64,000 nt of DNA, taken from assembly GCA_905178155.1 (NCBI GenBank), contig CAJINV010000005.1:1156392-1220391 (forward strand), read 5' to 3'. Position numbers and translations under genes: made by a program. Of the stretch, positions 33,636 through 47,145 are shown in pieces. The stretch comes from Amoebophrya sp. A120. Taxonomy: Eukaryota; Protista; Dinoflagellata. Every line of letters begins with the position of its first letter. The first letter of the stretch is position 1. Under the pieces are notes generated by a model. The model did not search any database, had not been told where the DNA came from, and was given only the letters and a program-made list of their open reading frames with translations.

Positions 33636-35546
33636 ATGATGTCGCTGTTTCTCTTGCTCTACTCCTCAGTTTTCCTTCCGGCGGTTCTCACATCTGCTTT
33701 CAAAATCGCGCCTCTGGGTGTCACCGAAGCCGACTGGAACCGAGGGAAGCCGAGTTTCTCCGCCAGTGTGAAGCAAATTTACGACAGCGCGGTGTTGAAA
33801 GCTAACAAGAATGCCAAGATCGCGGCACAAGCTTCTAGCGGTCTTGTTGTCAAAAACAAAAATGCCGCGACGGCCAGCTCGGTTGGTGTCGTGCAGAATC
33901 ACATAAACAAGCAGGCGGCAGCGCATCTCACCGCGGTCAAGGATGCTTACGTGAACACGGTGAGGAATAATTCTGCTGCGAAGCCAAAGGAGAAATCCGC
34001 CACAGTGACTGCGCAGAAGAGAGAACCTGTTCTCGTACGGAGAACGACCAGCGCCGGGAACAAGGCCTGGAGTGCCAGCGGGCCAACAGCAGTAGCGGAT
34101 GCAAGTGCGGTTGGGGGGAACAAGGCAAAGGCACGGCCAGCCGCCAAGAACCCGCGTGGACAAGCTGCTGCTCCGGTTGTGACAGTCAGCAAGATCAGCA
34201 CCGGTGTGGAAGGACAAGTCAAGAAAACGGCTGCTGCGAGTTCATTATCTGCTAAAAAAGCCAATACTCAAACTCAAAGCGACGGCCCGGTCCAAACAGC
34301 AAAGGAGTACGAGGAGGATTTTCCCGTCGACGACGCGAACCAGAATTCTTCGGCGGCGAGCACCACCGTGAGTAGTGGTAGTCCATCTTCTGAGGCCGAA
34401 ACTCCCACAGTCGAGGAAGAAAAACCAGTTCTCACGAAAGACGGAATTCCGGTGGACGCCAAGCCGGAGGAGCACAGCGCGGTGACAGCGAGTACCAAGA
34501 ATGCAGCGGATGCCAAGGCTGACGTTGTCGCCAGCGGCGCAGCGGTGGCGGCGAAGGAGGAGCAGGTGGAGGAGATGAAAGGGAAACAAATCAGCGCGGA
34601 AACTTCGCAGGCCACCGCGGCGAGTGATGTCTCGAACGCGCAAGACAGTCTGGCCGCGGAGAAGCAAAACGCGAATGCCGAGCAACTGGAATATTCCGAC
34701 GCGCAGGCGAACGTCGCGGCGAAAAAGGAGGAGCTGCGTGTTGCCACGGAAATTGCGGAAGCGGCGCGCAAGGAACTGGAGGAGGCAAACAAGAGATTAG
34801 AGGAGGCGACGGCTAGAGTAGCCTTCGCGGAAAAGCTATCCTGAGGAAAAACGTTCCCACCCAATAGTCAAGATGGGAAATCTGCTACACAAATCCCCAA
34901 GCTTTGGCTGTCGCGCATGACAAATTGTGGCTCGCTGTGTAGTCGTGTTTAGCTAGTGCAGCAGCATATCAGATCCAGTTTGTCATGCTGATTCGAGCAT
35001 GACGAGTCTCAGATCACAACGAGAAAACGCCTTTCATGAGTCTCCGCATGAGAAACATTTTAAGCATGCGTTTTAGCATTACAACTCTGGGGTTGGGACG
35101 TTTTTACACAGGATAAAAGCAGCTGAAGAAAGCGGAAGATGAAGCGAGGTCGGCGACCGCAAACCGCTATCCTGTGCAAAAGTATCGTACTCGTAGTAAT
35201 TGCAGTCCTGCAATACAAATTTTTTTCTCAAGGTAAATCTGCATGACAGATTTTATTTCTCGTGCTGAGGAAATTTGTATTGCATTTATACGAGTGCGAT
35301 ACTTTTGCAATGCATAACCGCGAAGCGGCGGAGGCCGCGCTTTTGGCCGCGCAAAAGGCACTAGAGCAGGCGAAAGAGGTGGAGTATTTGGCGGAGCAGG
35401 ATTTGGAGGCCCTCAAACAGCGGATCATCGACCGGATCGAGGGCGAGAGAAGTTCCGCGGTGGGCAGATGGGGTGGCAGTGCACAGCTGTTTGGAACTAC
35501 GAGCTTGATGATCGCGATTGGCTTAGTAGGGTTTGGCTTCTGGTGA
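33636..35546 (+). CDS. Probable secreted/surface Ala-rich coiled-coil protein with C-terminal hydrophobic (GPI/TM-like) tail; 2 introners
   Basis: Signal-peptide-like MMSLFLLLYSSVFLPAVLTSA; coiled-coil continues across both elements; ends LMIAIGLVGFGFW*. Confidence 0.72.
34837..35115. mobile_element. Introner, TIR group B (279 bp)
   Basis: TATCCTGAGGAAAAACGTTCCCAC...GGGACGTTTTTACACAGGATA; TSD AAAGC/AAAGC. Confidence 0.93.
35168..35316. mobile_element. Introner, TIR group F (149 bp)
   Basis: TATCCTGTGCAAAAGTATCGTACTCGTA...TACGAGTGCGATACTTTTGCAATGCATA; TSD ACCGC/ACCGC; related to 56700-56849. Confidence 0.9.
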
Positions 35547-36093
35547 CGCAGTTGTTTGCAGAGTGTGATGTTGATGTTCCGTTGATACAAAACATTTTTT
35601 TTTTCCCATTGTTGAAATCGTTCCGATAACAGCAGGACCACAGTGAAGACGAACTACATGAATTTTGAGGCGACTTTATTAGTACCCTTATTCAGGCTTA
35701 GCCCATTTTTACATCCATCCAAACGTCAGTTTGGAAAAAAAAAATTGGACAGCACACCCAAAGCGATCGTGTTCGTATTTCCGCGAAGCCTCCCTTTTTC
35801 ATTATTTTTTTCTACTTTTCGTTTTCTTGGACTTTGCGTCGTGGGTACGAAACACGCGCTGATTCTGGTGTCGGAAAGAACCTGAACCTCGGAAATCAAA
35901 TGGCCAAAGTCTGCCCATCGTTTATTTCAATTTTTTCTTTCGCAGCCTGTACTGGCTTCTTGGCGGAATGGCATTGCAACGTACTACCTTTGTTTCGTTC
36001 CTCACTAGTAAATAAGAAAAATTGCTTGTTCTTGTCTCGCTTTATTTTGCGACGGCCTTTGCTCGCAACATCAGAAGTACATTACAAATCACC

Positions 36094-39000
36094 ATGGCCT
36101 TTCCTGGTTTCGCGGTGGGATTAGGTTCCTCTGCCTCCACGCGAGCGCTCGACGGGTCACACTCGGTCTGTTTACCAAACGGTTCATCAAACCGGGTGGG
36201 GCCGGGCAAACTGATCGCGTCCGCCAGCCTGAAGGACGTGAGGCTTGGTAGCAAAACTCATGAGCTGTCTAGCAACAATGTTTACCCCAGAAGTAGTTCG
36301 ACAACGAGGGTCAGTGCGACGAAGAAGTTTGCTGAAGCTTCGTCGGTGGCAAACGCAACTAAAGGCGAAGCACCGTTTTCAAGGAGAACACCGTCCGTCA
36401 GTGGCACGCCCAAAGAACATCAACGCACGACAGACTATGTGAACGTCCAAACAATGGCAGCTTCATCTTCTGCTTCAAGTGGACCGAATCGTGCTGCTGC
36501 GACACCGACCGCGCATACGATCGCACAAGCGCCGCAGCGGTTAACTCGACTGCAAATGACACGGAGTGTGTCTGATCGGCATCTGATGATGCTGTCATCT
36601 TCTACTTCTGCAAACCGGCCCTTTATTGGAGGTGCAATTTCTACATCATCTTCCACTACGTCTGCTTTTGCGCGGACAGTGCTCGCAGCATCCCCGTCTT
36701 CGTCGCAATTGCGCCGGCCGGACTTGCAGCTTGGGTCATTTATTTCAACCGCAGGCGCCACTGCAACTGGCAGCAGAGCAAACTCAAAAAAAGTGGCAGG
36801 GGTAGCGCACAGGGAAGTACCAGGTGCTGGTGTGCAAAATGTGAATCTCACGACGACGTTTTTGAGCAGCGCTGCTGTTTCTGGTAGTTCCTCGAAGACC
36901 GCTACAACGAACTCCTCCCTCGCGCAAAGCGCGATGAAGCCGCCGCCGCCGTTGCAGCTGAACCTGAAAAAAGCGCGGATTCGGCCGTTCGAGGAACGAT
37001 TGGCGGATTTTTCTGCAGGTGGAGCGGAGAATTTTTCGCAGTCCAGCACGACAACCGCACCTGCCGGTCGTTCTGGAAGCGAAAAGAAGGCGCAAGGCCC
37101 GGGAGCAGAGGTGTCAAGCGAGGAAAGGGGGAAGGGTGCGACGTCGTCACCAAGTGAGGGAAAGACGGGGCCGGGACTCCTGGGAAGTGGTGGAGAAACG
37201 ACTGCGAAAAAGAACGCAGAACCAGGTAACAAAATCGCGCAAGAAGATCATGAATTGATGAAATCTGAAGGTATGGCACCAAAATCCGCTCTGCCATCCA
37301 CTTTCGGGAGCGCAAAACCGCTGTATGGTTCGTCGTTCATCCGCGCACGGGCAGGCACCGGCGGCAGCGTGGTCAAGGGAGAAAAGCCAGATGTGGCGCA
37401 GGTAAACAGTGCTGGGACTAAGGATATTCGAAACCTGTAGTGCACGACCTTTCTCAGATTCATTCGATGAGCATGCATGTCAAGAAGTAGTACAATCTAC
37501 AGCAAAACCTACAACTACAAGTCCAGCAAGTGAAATTGTTCAGGTCGTCAAGGCTGTCGCAGCGAACACCATAACTGTAAAAAAGGACACAGAGGACGGA
37601 TCTTTACTGCGACAGGAATTGCAAGAGCCTCACGGCGATGGTTTTCTGCGACCGGCAGAAGGTTGCTCATCCAGCATCGGAGCAGATCTTCACGCACTGG
37701 GGGAAGTAAAAGACCACCTTTACGAGGAAAAGGATAGCAGTGCCAGCGCGTTTCGCGAGTTGAGCGGTGCTGCCCCAGCTTCGTTTGGGAAGAGACCGCA
37801 AAGTACAGATGTGATTTTTTCGAAGATGAAATTGAATTTGAAATTTGACCCCTTGTTCGCTGTTGCTGCAGTTGGTTCTGTAGAAATGAAATCTTATCGT
37901 TACCTTCATCTGCAGGACCTCCACAACACCTCACCCAATCCGCGTCTCGCCAGCAGCTGCACCCGGATTTGCTCCTAGCGAAGTCTGCCCGCTTGCGAAA
38001 AAAGGTGTCCGCGGAGATGACCAAAGCGCGGGAAGCGAGTCGTTTTCTGGAGGCAGACTGCGAGCTCGCCGTGAAGAGGACCCGGTACGTGGAGCAGCAG
38101 CTACGGCAAGCGCAGAACGAGTTGGAAACGATTGCGAGCAGCAGTGCAGTTTCGTCGAATTATTGTGCGAAAACTACCAGTAAAGGTAACCGGCCAGTTC
38201 CAGGGGGTACCACGACCTCCAAAGGATCCTCGTCCGTAGGAAGCAGTGTGCGGGAACAAAGCTGTAGCGCCGCCGACAGCAGGACGAGAGCGGGAGCAGC
38301 CGTCGTGGTGCGCGATAGTACATCAACCAAAGCGCGTAGTGGGCAGAGAATGACGGCGACTTCTGCAAGTACTGCAAAGGAGGCAACAAACCTTTCCCGA
38401 CGAAATTCGAGACGGGAGGGAGCTACTGTAGTACCTGCCGCTATTGGAGCTCGTGGCACATCTGTAACAAGTAAAACCTCGTCGTCCGCCGGAGGTGCTG
38501 CCAGGAGCAAAACCACCACTGCATCGAGGGAGGCTTCTAAGGCATCGTCGACTGTGCAAGACACGACTGAGAACTCCGCCTCCATTCGCTCCACAAATGC
38601 CAGAACTGCAAAAACCTCTCAGTCCTCTCACATGTTGCGTCGGCAGGAGCAGAAAGTCGCGAAACTGCTTGCTGACCTTCGCAAAGCCTCTGATTCGGAG
38701 CAATCTTTGCGAACGAAATTGCAGGAATCAGAACAAACGTACAAAAGGTTGGAAAGGAAATTTCAGCACTGCCAGGCCATCGCCACGGATTTGTTCTTGG
38801 GGACAAAAGTTGTAGCTGGGTCCGCGTCTGCCCCAACTGGTATTAATAACGCGGCCATGATGGCAAACGCAAGTCATGACCACCAGGCGTCAGCGAGTTT
38901 TTTTCCCGGCACTGTATCTGCATCAGCGAGCCACAGCCTCGTGGAGCCACAGGGAGTTCTTGCTGAAGGCGAGCACGACATTTTTGTTGACGAAGAGAGA

Positions 39001-39971
39001 TATGGTTTGCAGCCAAGCCACAAAGCGGAGTCTGAAGTTCGTCCGGAGGCCTCGTCACAGAAGCGTGCTGCGGTTGCAGAAGTAGATCAGAGCCAAAAAT
39101 TAGCGCAGGCTGGTACTGTACCAACTACAACGAGCTTGCAACGGGAGATGAGCAACTCCTCGGCCAAGAATCTCGAAACCAGCACGACCATGAACCTTGT
39201 CGACAGTGAGGCGAGCACCGAGAAGATAAAGTCGCGCTGCGTTGTCCGCACGACACACACACACTCCCTGAAATCCTTATTTGGGAACATTAACGAGAAC
39301 CGGTTTATTGGGAATGCAACGGCGAATACGACAACATCGAATGGCGCGGTGTCCTCCTCATCGTCCCGTTTCATGAACAATAAAACCAACACACATTTCA
39401 CCACCACCGCACACCACGCGCAGATGAATCATTGTAACCAAATTTCAACAACATCAAACACCTTCGCCCCGCCGCCCCGCACGCTCTATGCGTTCCAGCC
39501 GTCGCCCGACGATGAGCAAGAGCCACCGGAAGACTCGCCGCTGGACCCGACCGTGTTGCAATTTACCACGCCGTATCAAATGCAAAAATGTCTGGGTCTG
39601 GAAACTTGTGATGCTGGGTGGCGTCTCATGATGAGGCTACGAACGCTGGCTCAGCATGGCAAGTTTCTGAGCTCCTAGGTGTTGCCTATTCTGCATGACA
39701 AACTGCGCTTCTGCATCACAGCAAAACGGAGCTCATCTTGGGTAACGTGCATGACAGATTTAAGAGTCATGCCAGACAAGGAGCATGACAAACATGAATT
39801 CTTCCCGACCCAGATATTTTTACAGTTGATACGCCGGTACAGGCCAACCCGGATCCGCACTCGAGATTGGAGAACGCGCTGGCCAGTGCAGAGCAGCAGT
39901 TGCGAAAAACGAAGACGCGAGGATTTTACAACACCAATGTCAAGGCTACCTCGCCTGTTTTCTCGAATTAG
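36094..39971 (+). CDS. Hypothetical Ser/Thr-rich coiled-coil protein
   Basis: Predicted GT-AG introns 37402-37543 and 37803-37915 plus introner 39574-39831 link three long ORFs; TAG at 39969-39971. Confidence 0.65.
39574..39831. mobile_element. Introner, TIR group A (258 bp)
   Basis: TSD CGCCG/CGCCG; interior nearly the same as 7594-7860. Confidence 0.93.
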
Positions 39972-40855
39972 AGCGCTTGGAGATGTGTTTGCCGAGGCCG
40001 CGAGGTTGTAGTTCATGAACTTGCTTGCTAGAAAATGAGAAACCATATTAAACCAACTACACGAGAGCACGGTCGCACCTTCACATCTGTGTGAGCGTGA
40101 TCCGTTCCCGAGAGCGTTTAGTGATTGTGTTCTTTGTACCCCAACTTCTTCATTGTTGTCGCCGAATATTGTCGTAGTCGTTCACCTTTTATTTTCACTT
40201 TTTCATACTTGTTAGTATGAGTCCGGCAGTATACTATGAATGAAAATCCAAGGGATTCGGTGAACTGGTACTATCGTCAAAATGAAAATGAAAAAGCGTA
40301 TGCATCCTTTGGAAAGAAGATGTTTACGTACACGATAAATTCAAAGATCTCCCTCAGCGATCTTTAATACGGATTGATAAATAATTATGATGGCGAGTAA
40401 ATATTTACATGTTGTCACTCGTTGTCTCGGTCGGTCTGCAAAATAGATACTACGAATGTGACCACGCAAATAATACAGACAAGCGGATCTTCTCCCCTCT
40501 GTAGCTTTACCCACCGCAAAAAATTTTGATCTCGAAACGTCAAAAGTGGATCAATACAAGGTCTTCATCTCGAGCAGGTGGAATTCGGTCGTTGGGACTT
40601 CTGTAGAAGGCGCGCATTGAGACGCCTACTGCTCTCTGCCGAGCAGAGTAGAGAATTGAGATCTGCACGCTGCCTTCCGAGCTTTCTGCTCACCCGCCGA
40701 ATGGCCAAGCATCAAAAGGGATAACCTACAAATGTCTTTCGGAACAACCACAGCAACACTCTTTTTTGGAGCGTAGTTTCGAAGAACGCGATCTGCGTTC
40801 GAATTGGAAGTAAAAGCGAAGGAGCATTTTCATTCTGCTTGCTGTAAGTAAACGA

Positions 40856-40969
40856 AAAACTGTGACTGCTAAACATATTCCCTTGCTAAATATATTCTAA
40901 ACATATTCCCTTGCGAAAACTGTGACTGCTAAATATATTCCCCCTGCTATCCCTTGCTAAATATATTCT
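40856..40969. repeat. Short intergenic tandem duplications
   Basis: AAAACTGTGACTGCTAAA(C/T)ATATTCCC occurs twice, with repeated CCCTTGCTAAATATATTC. Confidence 0.75.
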
Positions 40970-41170
40970 TTATACTGTCTTATCCTCTTTGCTATTTTTA
41001 CTTCGTTTTCTGATTCATTGTAGAACAAAATTGGAAAACCCACAGCAAATCAGGGCCAGAAAAGAACGCTTTTATTTACTTTTACATCTCGCCTACAGAT
41101 AACACGCTGCTCCTTGTGTCGAGCCGTTTCTTCAAGGCAGCGCGAGTAAGTGTTTTAAAAGAGCATAACT

Positions 41171-43856
41171 ATGGCGTCCCTCTTTCGTCGCGTACTTGCC
41201 GCGGCCGGGGCTGGTATCTCTCTCCACTTGCGCAGAGAATTACTATTCAGCGCAGTCCTGCTGGGCGGGCGTGGTGCTTTTGAAACCTCTGGGATGAATG
41301 CCAGCCACTCTACTCGCCCGTTCGTGGTTGCTGTCCAGGTGCGGCCATCTTGGAAGCCAAGTTTGTGGCGGCCATCCCGTTTGTGGTTGTTTCCGGGAGG
41401 CGGCCCAAGCCCACTTACGTGCATGATAGACAGCAAGGATCTGGCGGGGGCAAAAGAAAACTTTTACGAAATGTTGCAACACGAGCGTCCTCGTCTACCC
41501 ACGGAGTATGAGTACACGGAATTGCGAGACGCACTTTTCAAAATAGGGGATCGGACTGGTGCGCAGAACTTGTTCGATGCCGTGCAAAATGAGGGCGAGG
41601 AGTTTCGCAACCGCAAGGCCTGGGAAAGTCCGAAGAGCGGAAAACCAGAGGCGCAGGGTGGCGCGTCGCCGAAGCCGTGTCGCGAGCAACTGGCGGAGCC
41701 CTCCGTTTTTACGCCAGGGAACGCCGGAGCTGTGGGAAGAAGCGCTCCTCGTGCTGATGGAGATCCTCAGGGAAAAGCAGGGTGGAAAGGTCAGGAAGAG
41801 AGCATGCTGGCGCAACAGATGCAATCCGGCGAGTGGTATATCGGATGCGGCCGGCCGGAGCCGGGGACGAGAGTAGGCAAAAGCTTGCTCGCTAACCTGC
41901 ATTCTAGTAAAAGATAAAGACTTTTTTGCATTTGCTTACCTCCTTCGTGGCACTTCGCGGGATTCTATTTAGCAGAATCCCGTGGCCATGAGGTGGATGA
42001 GGGTTAGGAAAAGGAGGCTTTATAATGTTGTTTGTGACGTTGCAATCCGTGTTCTGTTAATTTAAATTCGAAAGAATGACTGACAACTGAAATAAGGTAA
42101 TGTCGAGGAGGGCTCCGAGGTTCGCGTTTCTCGTCCGGGGGACTTGATTTGCACGACCGTCCATGTCTTCGATCCACAAGGCCAATCGCGCAAAGTATTA
42201 AGCAACAAGCTCGCCCAGTATTGCGTGTTGGAAGGAGAGGAGTGCGTGTTTCATTCCGAGCGGGCAACCAGGGAAACCCGGAACGCTCTCATCCACATTC
42301 TGGAAATGCATGAGAAGGAAGCCTACCTTATGCTATTAAATGCCTACAGCGAAACAGGCGACGCGGTTGGCGCGCGACAGGTGTTGGAAGATATGAAGGC
42401 CGCGAAAATCGAGCCAGATGCGCGGACCTACAACTCGTTACTGGACGCCTACGGAAGAAGAGGCGACTGGGAGGGCGTGACAGACGTGCTGCAACAAATG
42501 AAGGCCGCGAAAATCGCGCAAAATGTCGCCACGTGCAACATCTTCGTCGCCGCGTACATAAAAGGCGGCGACATGGACAGCGCGCGGCTGGTGCTGGAGG
42601 AAATGAAGGACGCGGGCCCCGCGCCGAATGTGATCACTTACCACACCCTAGTGAGCGGACATGCTGACGCTGGCGACGTTGAGGGTGTGAAGGGAGTGTT
42701 GGAAGAAATGAGGGCCGCGGGTATCGTGCCAAACGCCGCCACCTACGACGCGCTGATGAATAAAGCGCACATAGAGAAATATAAGCGAGACTGCAGCGTT
42801 GCCCGCGAGGGTATCGAACAGGTCTTGCCGGGGCGGGGAGAGACCAGTGCAAAAGGGAAAAAGAAAAGGGGAAACTCTGTAGAACTAATTCCCAAGGCGG
42901 GAGATGTGCACGCCGCTTGGGGACAGCCGCCAGTGCGGAGTCAAAGTACGCCCCTAGGACGACAGAGACAACGCAAGCCTTCGGGCCCTCCATCGGCCCG
43001 AGCGGCGGCTGGAGAATCAGAGAGGCGCTCATCTCGAGGTCACCGCAGCCGCACCGCCGTTTCTTCAGTTCCGCCGGCCTCAAAAACAGGAGCAGATCAT
43101 CCAGAACAGAACGACATCCGCCGAGAAAAGGTGTCCCGGTTTCGGGGAGCTACTCCTCGCCGGGGCCGAGGAAGGGGCCGAGGACAGGGCAGACGCTCGC
43201 CCTCGCGCCCGGTGCCTAAACGGCCGGCCGCTGCATCTGTATTTGTTGATGCTAGTTCGGCAGCTGGTGCTGGTCCGGGTGGAAGTAATTCCACAAATGG
43301 CGCGGCCGGGGTGGTGGAAGGAATACACGACCCGGCTGTCGGATTTTTTTGGGACAAGCAGCAAAATCAGGAGCCTTGGCACCACGACACTCAGCCTTGG
43401 CCGCAGCCTCCGCAGTGGATGACGAACGACAACTACACTGGTCCGCCCGCGTTTTATGGTTGTCAGGGTTTTCAGAATTGCATGGTGAGCGCTACTGCGG
43501 GCGACCACCACGACTACTGGAACCCTCGCGACGGTACAAGGACGCTTGGCCATTTTGTATGGGACGGCTATAATCGGGGCCTCGAAGGAGCGGCGCAGCA
43601 GCAGCTGGTGCAAGCGGGGGAGCCCGTAGGGGGTCCGCATTACGTACCGCAGGAGCAGCTGATGGAGAACCTACTAACCATTCTGACAACGGATCTTCCA
43701 CCAAAAAAGCGAGAGTGGAAGTCTCACTTTGATGTTCCGCTTTTAACAGGAGCACTTTGTGAATACAGCCGGCAAGAGTGTGCCGATAGTGAAGACTGCG
43801 ACGTAACGAAGGCGACGGCGCAGATGGAAGGGTCAGACGAGCAACTTCACACTTAA
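41171..43856 (+). CDS. Pentatricopeptide repeat (PPR) protein; one probable intron ending near 42096
   Basis: About four 35-aa repeats, e.g. TYNSLLDAYGRRGDWEGVTDVLQQMKAAKIAQNVA and TYHTLVSGHADAGDVEGVKGVLEEMRAAGIVPNAA; linkage of the first exon is inferred. Confidence 0.8.
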
Positions 43857-45714
43857 GGTCTGAATGCAAAGAAGCAAAACGCGGTCTCCAGCTGGTTTGG
43901 CTGTTTTGGTGCCGCCAGAGGCCTTATATCGATTTTTAGTGGGACGGCTCTACTTTGTTTTCCTTGTCTCTATAGCTCTTTTTTTCTATCTTGTAGCTAT
44001 AGGCCACTTTTCTTTCTTTTTCTTGTTCTATTGCCACCGCGGATGGTATTGTCAAGCTAGCATGTTTATTCTAGCAAAGCGCCTACCTTTGGTGCCATAC
44101 CATCCCGCTTCAGGAGTATTTTTAGCGAAAGCCCATGTCTTAAAACTTAAGCCTAAGCGTCTGACAGTTTTTGTCAATAAGAATAAACGCAATCATCATC
44201 AATTTCACACTTGCGCTTACCAATTTACTATCCAGCTTGCTTGGTACGTTATTTCTGTCTCTTTATCCCAAAGAACTGTAGATTGTAGAAAAAAACAGAC
44301 TCCCAAGTTTTCAAAGGAAAAGGCTTCATAGTTCTTTCTCACTTACAGGACTAGAAAGCACTCTTGCCACCATAGTTCTTTCTCACTTACAGCACCACGT
44401 GAAAGTGGCAGAAAGATTCCCTCTCTCTTCAGCCTAGCGCCGTGGCAACTTCAGACCCAAAGTCAACAAAGCACTATTTTTGGAAGGCTCTAGTCCACGC
44501 ACTATTTTTGGAAGTTAGCAAATGATCTGTAGTCCAAGCACTAGCTTTGAATTGAAAGGCTCAGTTTGTCAGCAGCAAGTCCAATTTTTAGAAATTTCAG
44601 GCTAGTCAATCTGTTATGCAAAATTATTCGAGCAAGCGAATGCGCTCATTAATGTCGGCAATAACGCGGAGGACGGAAGACGGGATGATGACAATTATGG
44701 AGACTATTTTGAACAACAAAGTGATGAGGTGGTGATGGAAGAACATGCTCTTTCTGAAGAATGCAAATCTGTGAACTCAACCAACGCAGTTCGCTGCCAC
44801 CAAGAAAGTCAGTCGCATGCTGAGGAGGCGTCTCCTCTTGTTTGCGCGTTTTGATATGAACGCGAGGTCCTCATGATGCGGTCTGAAAATGACATCTCAA
44901 GATGCGCAAGCGGCCTGAAGCAAGATGGTCATCAATATCACTGCAATTTCGAAAATTCCGATGTACAAGGCTTGCGTCTCGTACGCAATAGCCTCAGTAG
45001 AGTAGAGCAGTCTTCATGTGTTCGCCCCGACGACCTGGAAGCAGAGTGCGTCGCTCCACCGTCTCCGTCCACAAAAGAGCGAAATGCGTCAAGAGGTGCA
45101 GTTCCAGGTACAGGTAGTGAGTGCTTCAGAGTGATTCGACTTCGAGCGTGCATGAGCCTCCGTCCTAATTTGTGTGAGAGTTTGCTTCCTGCCAGGAAGT
45201 TCCTGGTCGCACGGGGGAGAGCACACAGTCGAGAGCGCGCGACGCAGTTTCTGGAGGGAGAGATCACGTGGCTCACGATTGTGGCTCAAGCGCATCGACA
45301 TGTTCCTCACGCACCAAGACCTCCGCCAACGGCTCAAGTGCAGCATCTCGTGGCGTCCGAAGCGTCCTGGTACTCCTGGAGAAGCTGTTAGTGGTTGTGG
45401 TTGTGGCGGTAGTGATGATTGCGCTTGCGTTTGCAGCTGCGCTTGGCATGAGGCCGAAGTCCGATTTTGTTGCTCACGCGACCATCTTCGATGACGATTC
45501 GCTGCTTCCCACCACAGCTACCGACGTACCTTGCGACGAGGAGGGGGCATGGGCATCACGCAAACGGGACACGAGGCGCAGATCACAACTCCTCCGACTA
45601 GTCTACGACGTTCTGAATCAGCGTGCAGCAAGCGATAAAACAGGCTTTCACACAGCAAAAGGGAGGGGCCACTGGCTGCGGAAATGGAGGAAGCACAGGA
45701 ATGAGGCAACTGCA

Positions 45715-46086
45715 ACAGGCCAACCCGGATCCGCACTCGAGATTGGAGAACGCGCTGGCCAGTGCAGAGCAGCAGTTGCGAAAAACGAAGACGCGAGGAT
45801 TTTACAACACCAATGTCAAGGCTACCTCGCCTGCTTTCTCGAATTAGAATAGATAGAACATTGGGAGATGTGTTTGCCGAGGCCGCGAGGTTGTGGAAAG
45901 TTCACGAACTTGCTATAAAATGAAAAACCATATACCAACTACACGAATTCACGGTAGCACCTTCAGATCTGTGTGAGCGTGATCCGTTCCCGAGAACGTT
46001 ATGATTGTGTTCTTTGCGTTTGCACCCCAAAAATTTCTTCATTGTTGTCGCCGAATATTGTCGTAGTCGTTCACCTTTTATTTTCA
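45715..46086 (+). repeat. Dispersed duplicate of 39839-40197 (last exon and 3' flank of the 36094-39971 gene)
   Basis: ACAGGCCAACCCGGATCCGCACTCGAG...GTCGTAGTCGTTCACCTTTTATTTTCA is near-identical at both loci. Confidence 0.9.
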
Positions 46087-47145
46087 GTTCGCAGAACAGT
46101 AGCGTCAGCGTGCATTTGAAGAGTCTTCTTTGCGTTTGAGGCGAATAGAATTAGAAGCGGTGGAACTGTGAAGCGAGAAATATCGCGATCCTTTCTCCCG
46201 ATTGCGCAGACAAAACTTGAGTTGATACGGAAAGTGTCAAAGCGATGGATTGTGGTAAGGTGCACTGGTTCTGATTAGATTCTGAACTGCAAGACTTTGA
46301 GCGGGGCGAAACCGAATGTCAAAGAAAAAGGCTGACGATAGGTGTTGGGGCAATTACGCAAGAGTCGCGAACATTTTCGCTCTTGTTGTTTCCGTCTCGT
46401 GCTACAATTTCAATCATAGAAAACCAAAACCTAAGAGAACTACAAAGAAAGAATTTCCAGCTGTAGAGTGTGGACGATCTCGCGAAATCGACCTAGACTC
46501 AGCTGAACACGACAAAAAAAATCACGTGAAAAATGAACCCAACGTTTCAATCCTCGGTGTTTGGCTCGGGGCCTGCGCCGGGCCCAATCCCGGGTGGACC
46601 GATGACGGGGTCAAATCAGGCAAGCTCTTCGCAACGGGTAGCCAACATGCAGACTTACCAATCCAGCGTGTTTGCGGACAACTCGCCGAAACGTAAAGGG
46701 CTATAGCTAATAAAAATCACTAATTTTTAGTGCTTTGCGTGCAAGGGAAATCAAGTTGGCTCCTCATGATTTGTATTTGGCACGACAGAGCGAGAGGAGC
46801 TTACTTCTGTCTGTGCGGCTGCATTGATTCTGGAAGATTTTCTACTTTTCCGTCCGCATGATATTATTAAAGTCCGATCTGAAATTGTGACAAAAAACAG
46901 GAAACGTCGCGACGCGTCCCACATCTAGCGGCGTCACCCGAACGACGAACAACATTTTTACTGAGCCGCAACCTGGCTTGAATGAGCCAACCAGCATGCA
47001 CGCCTGGTTCGGAAAGGGCAAAAAGACGGAGGAATGTAAGGACTGAGTTTTTTTAATACAACCAATTGCTGTTTGCAACACATCAACAAGTTTACGCTTC
47101 GAAGCGTTTTGCGTATGACAAACGGAAATCTTCACGAAATCTATC

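Noticed and set aside
44328-44392. 22-bp direct repeat CATAGTTCTTTCTCACTTACAG
   Set aside because: Two copies only; a simple local duplication with no further structure.
44873-45852. Overlapping 100-190 aa ORFs as a gene or transposase
   Set aside because: No recognisable domain, no DDE motif and no consistent exon chain; only the duplicated 3' segment is supported.
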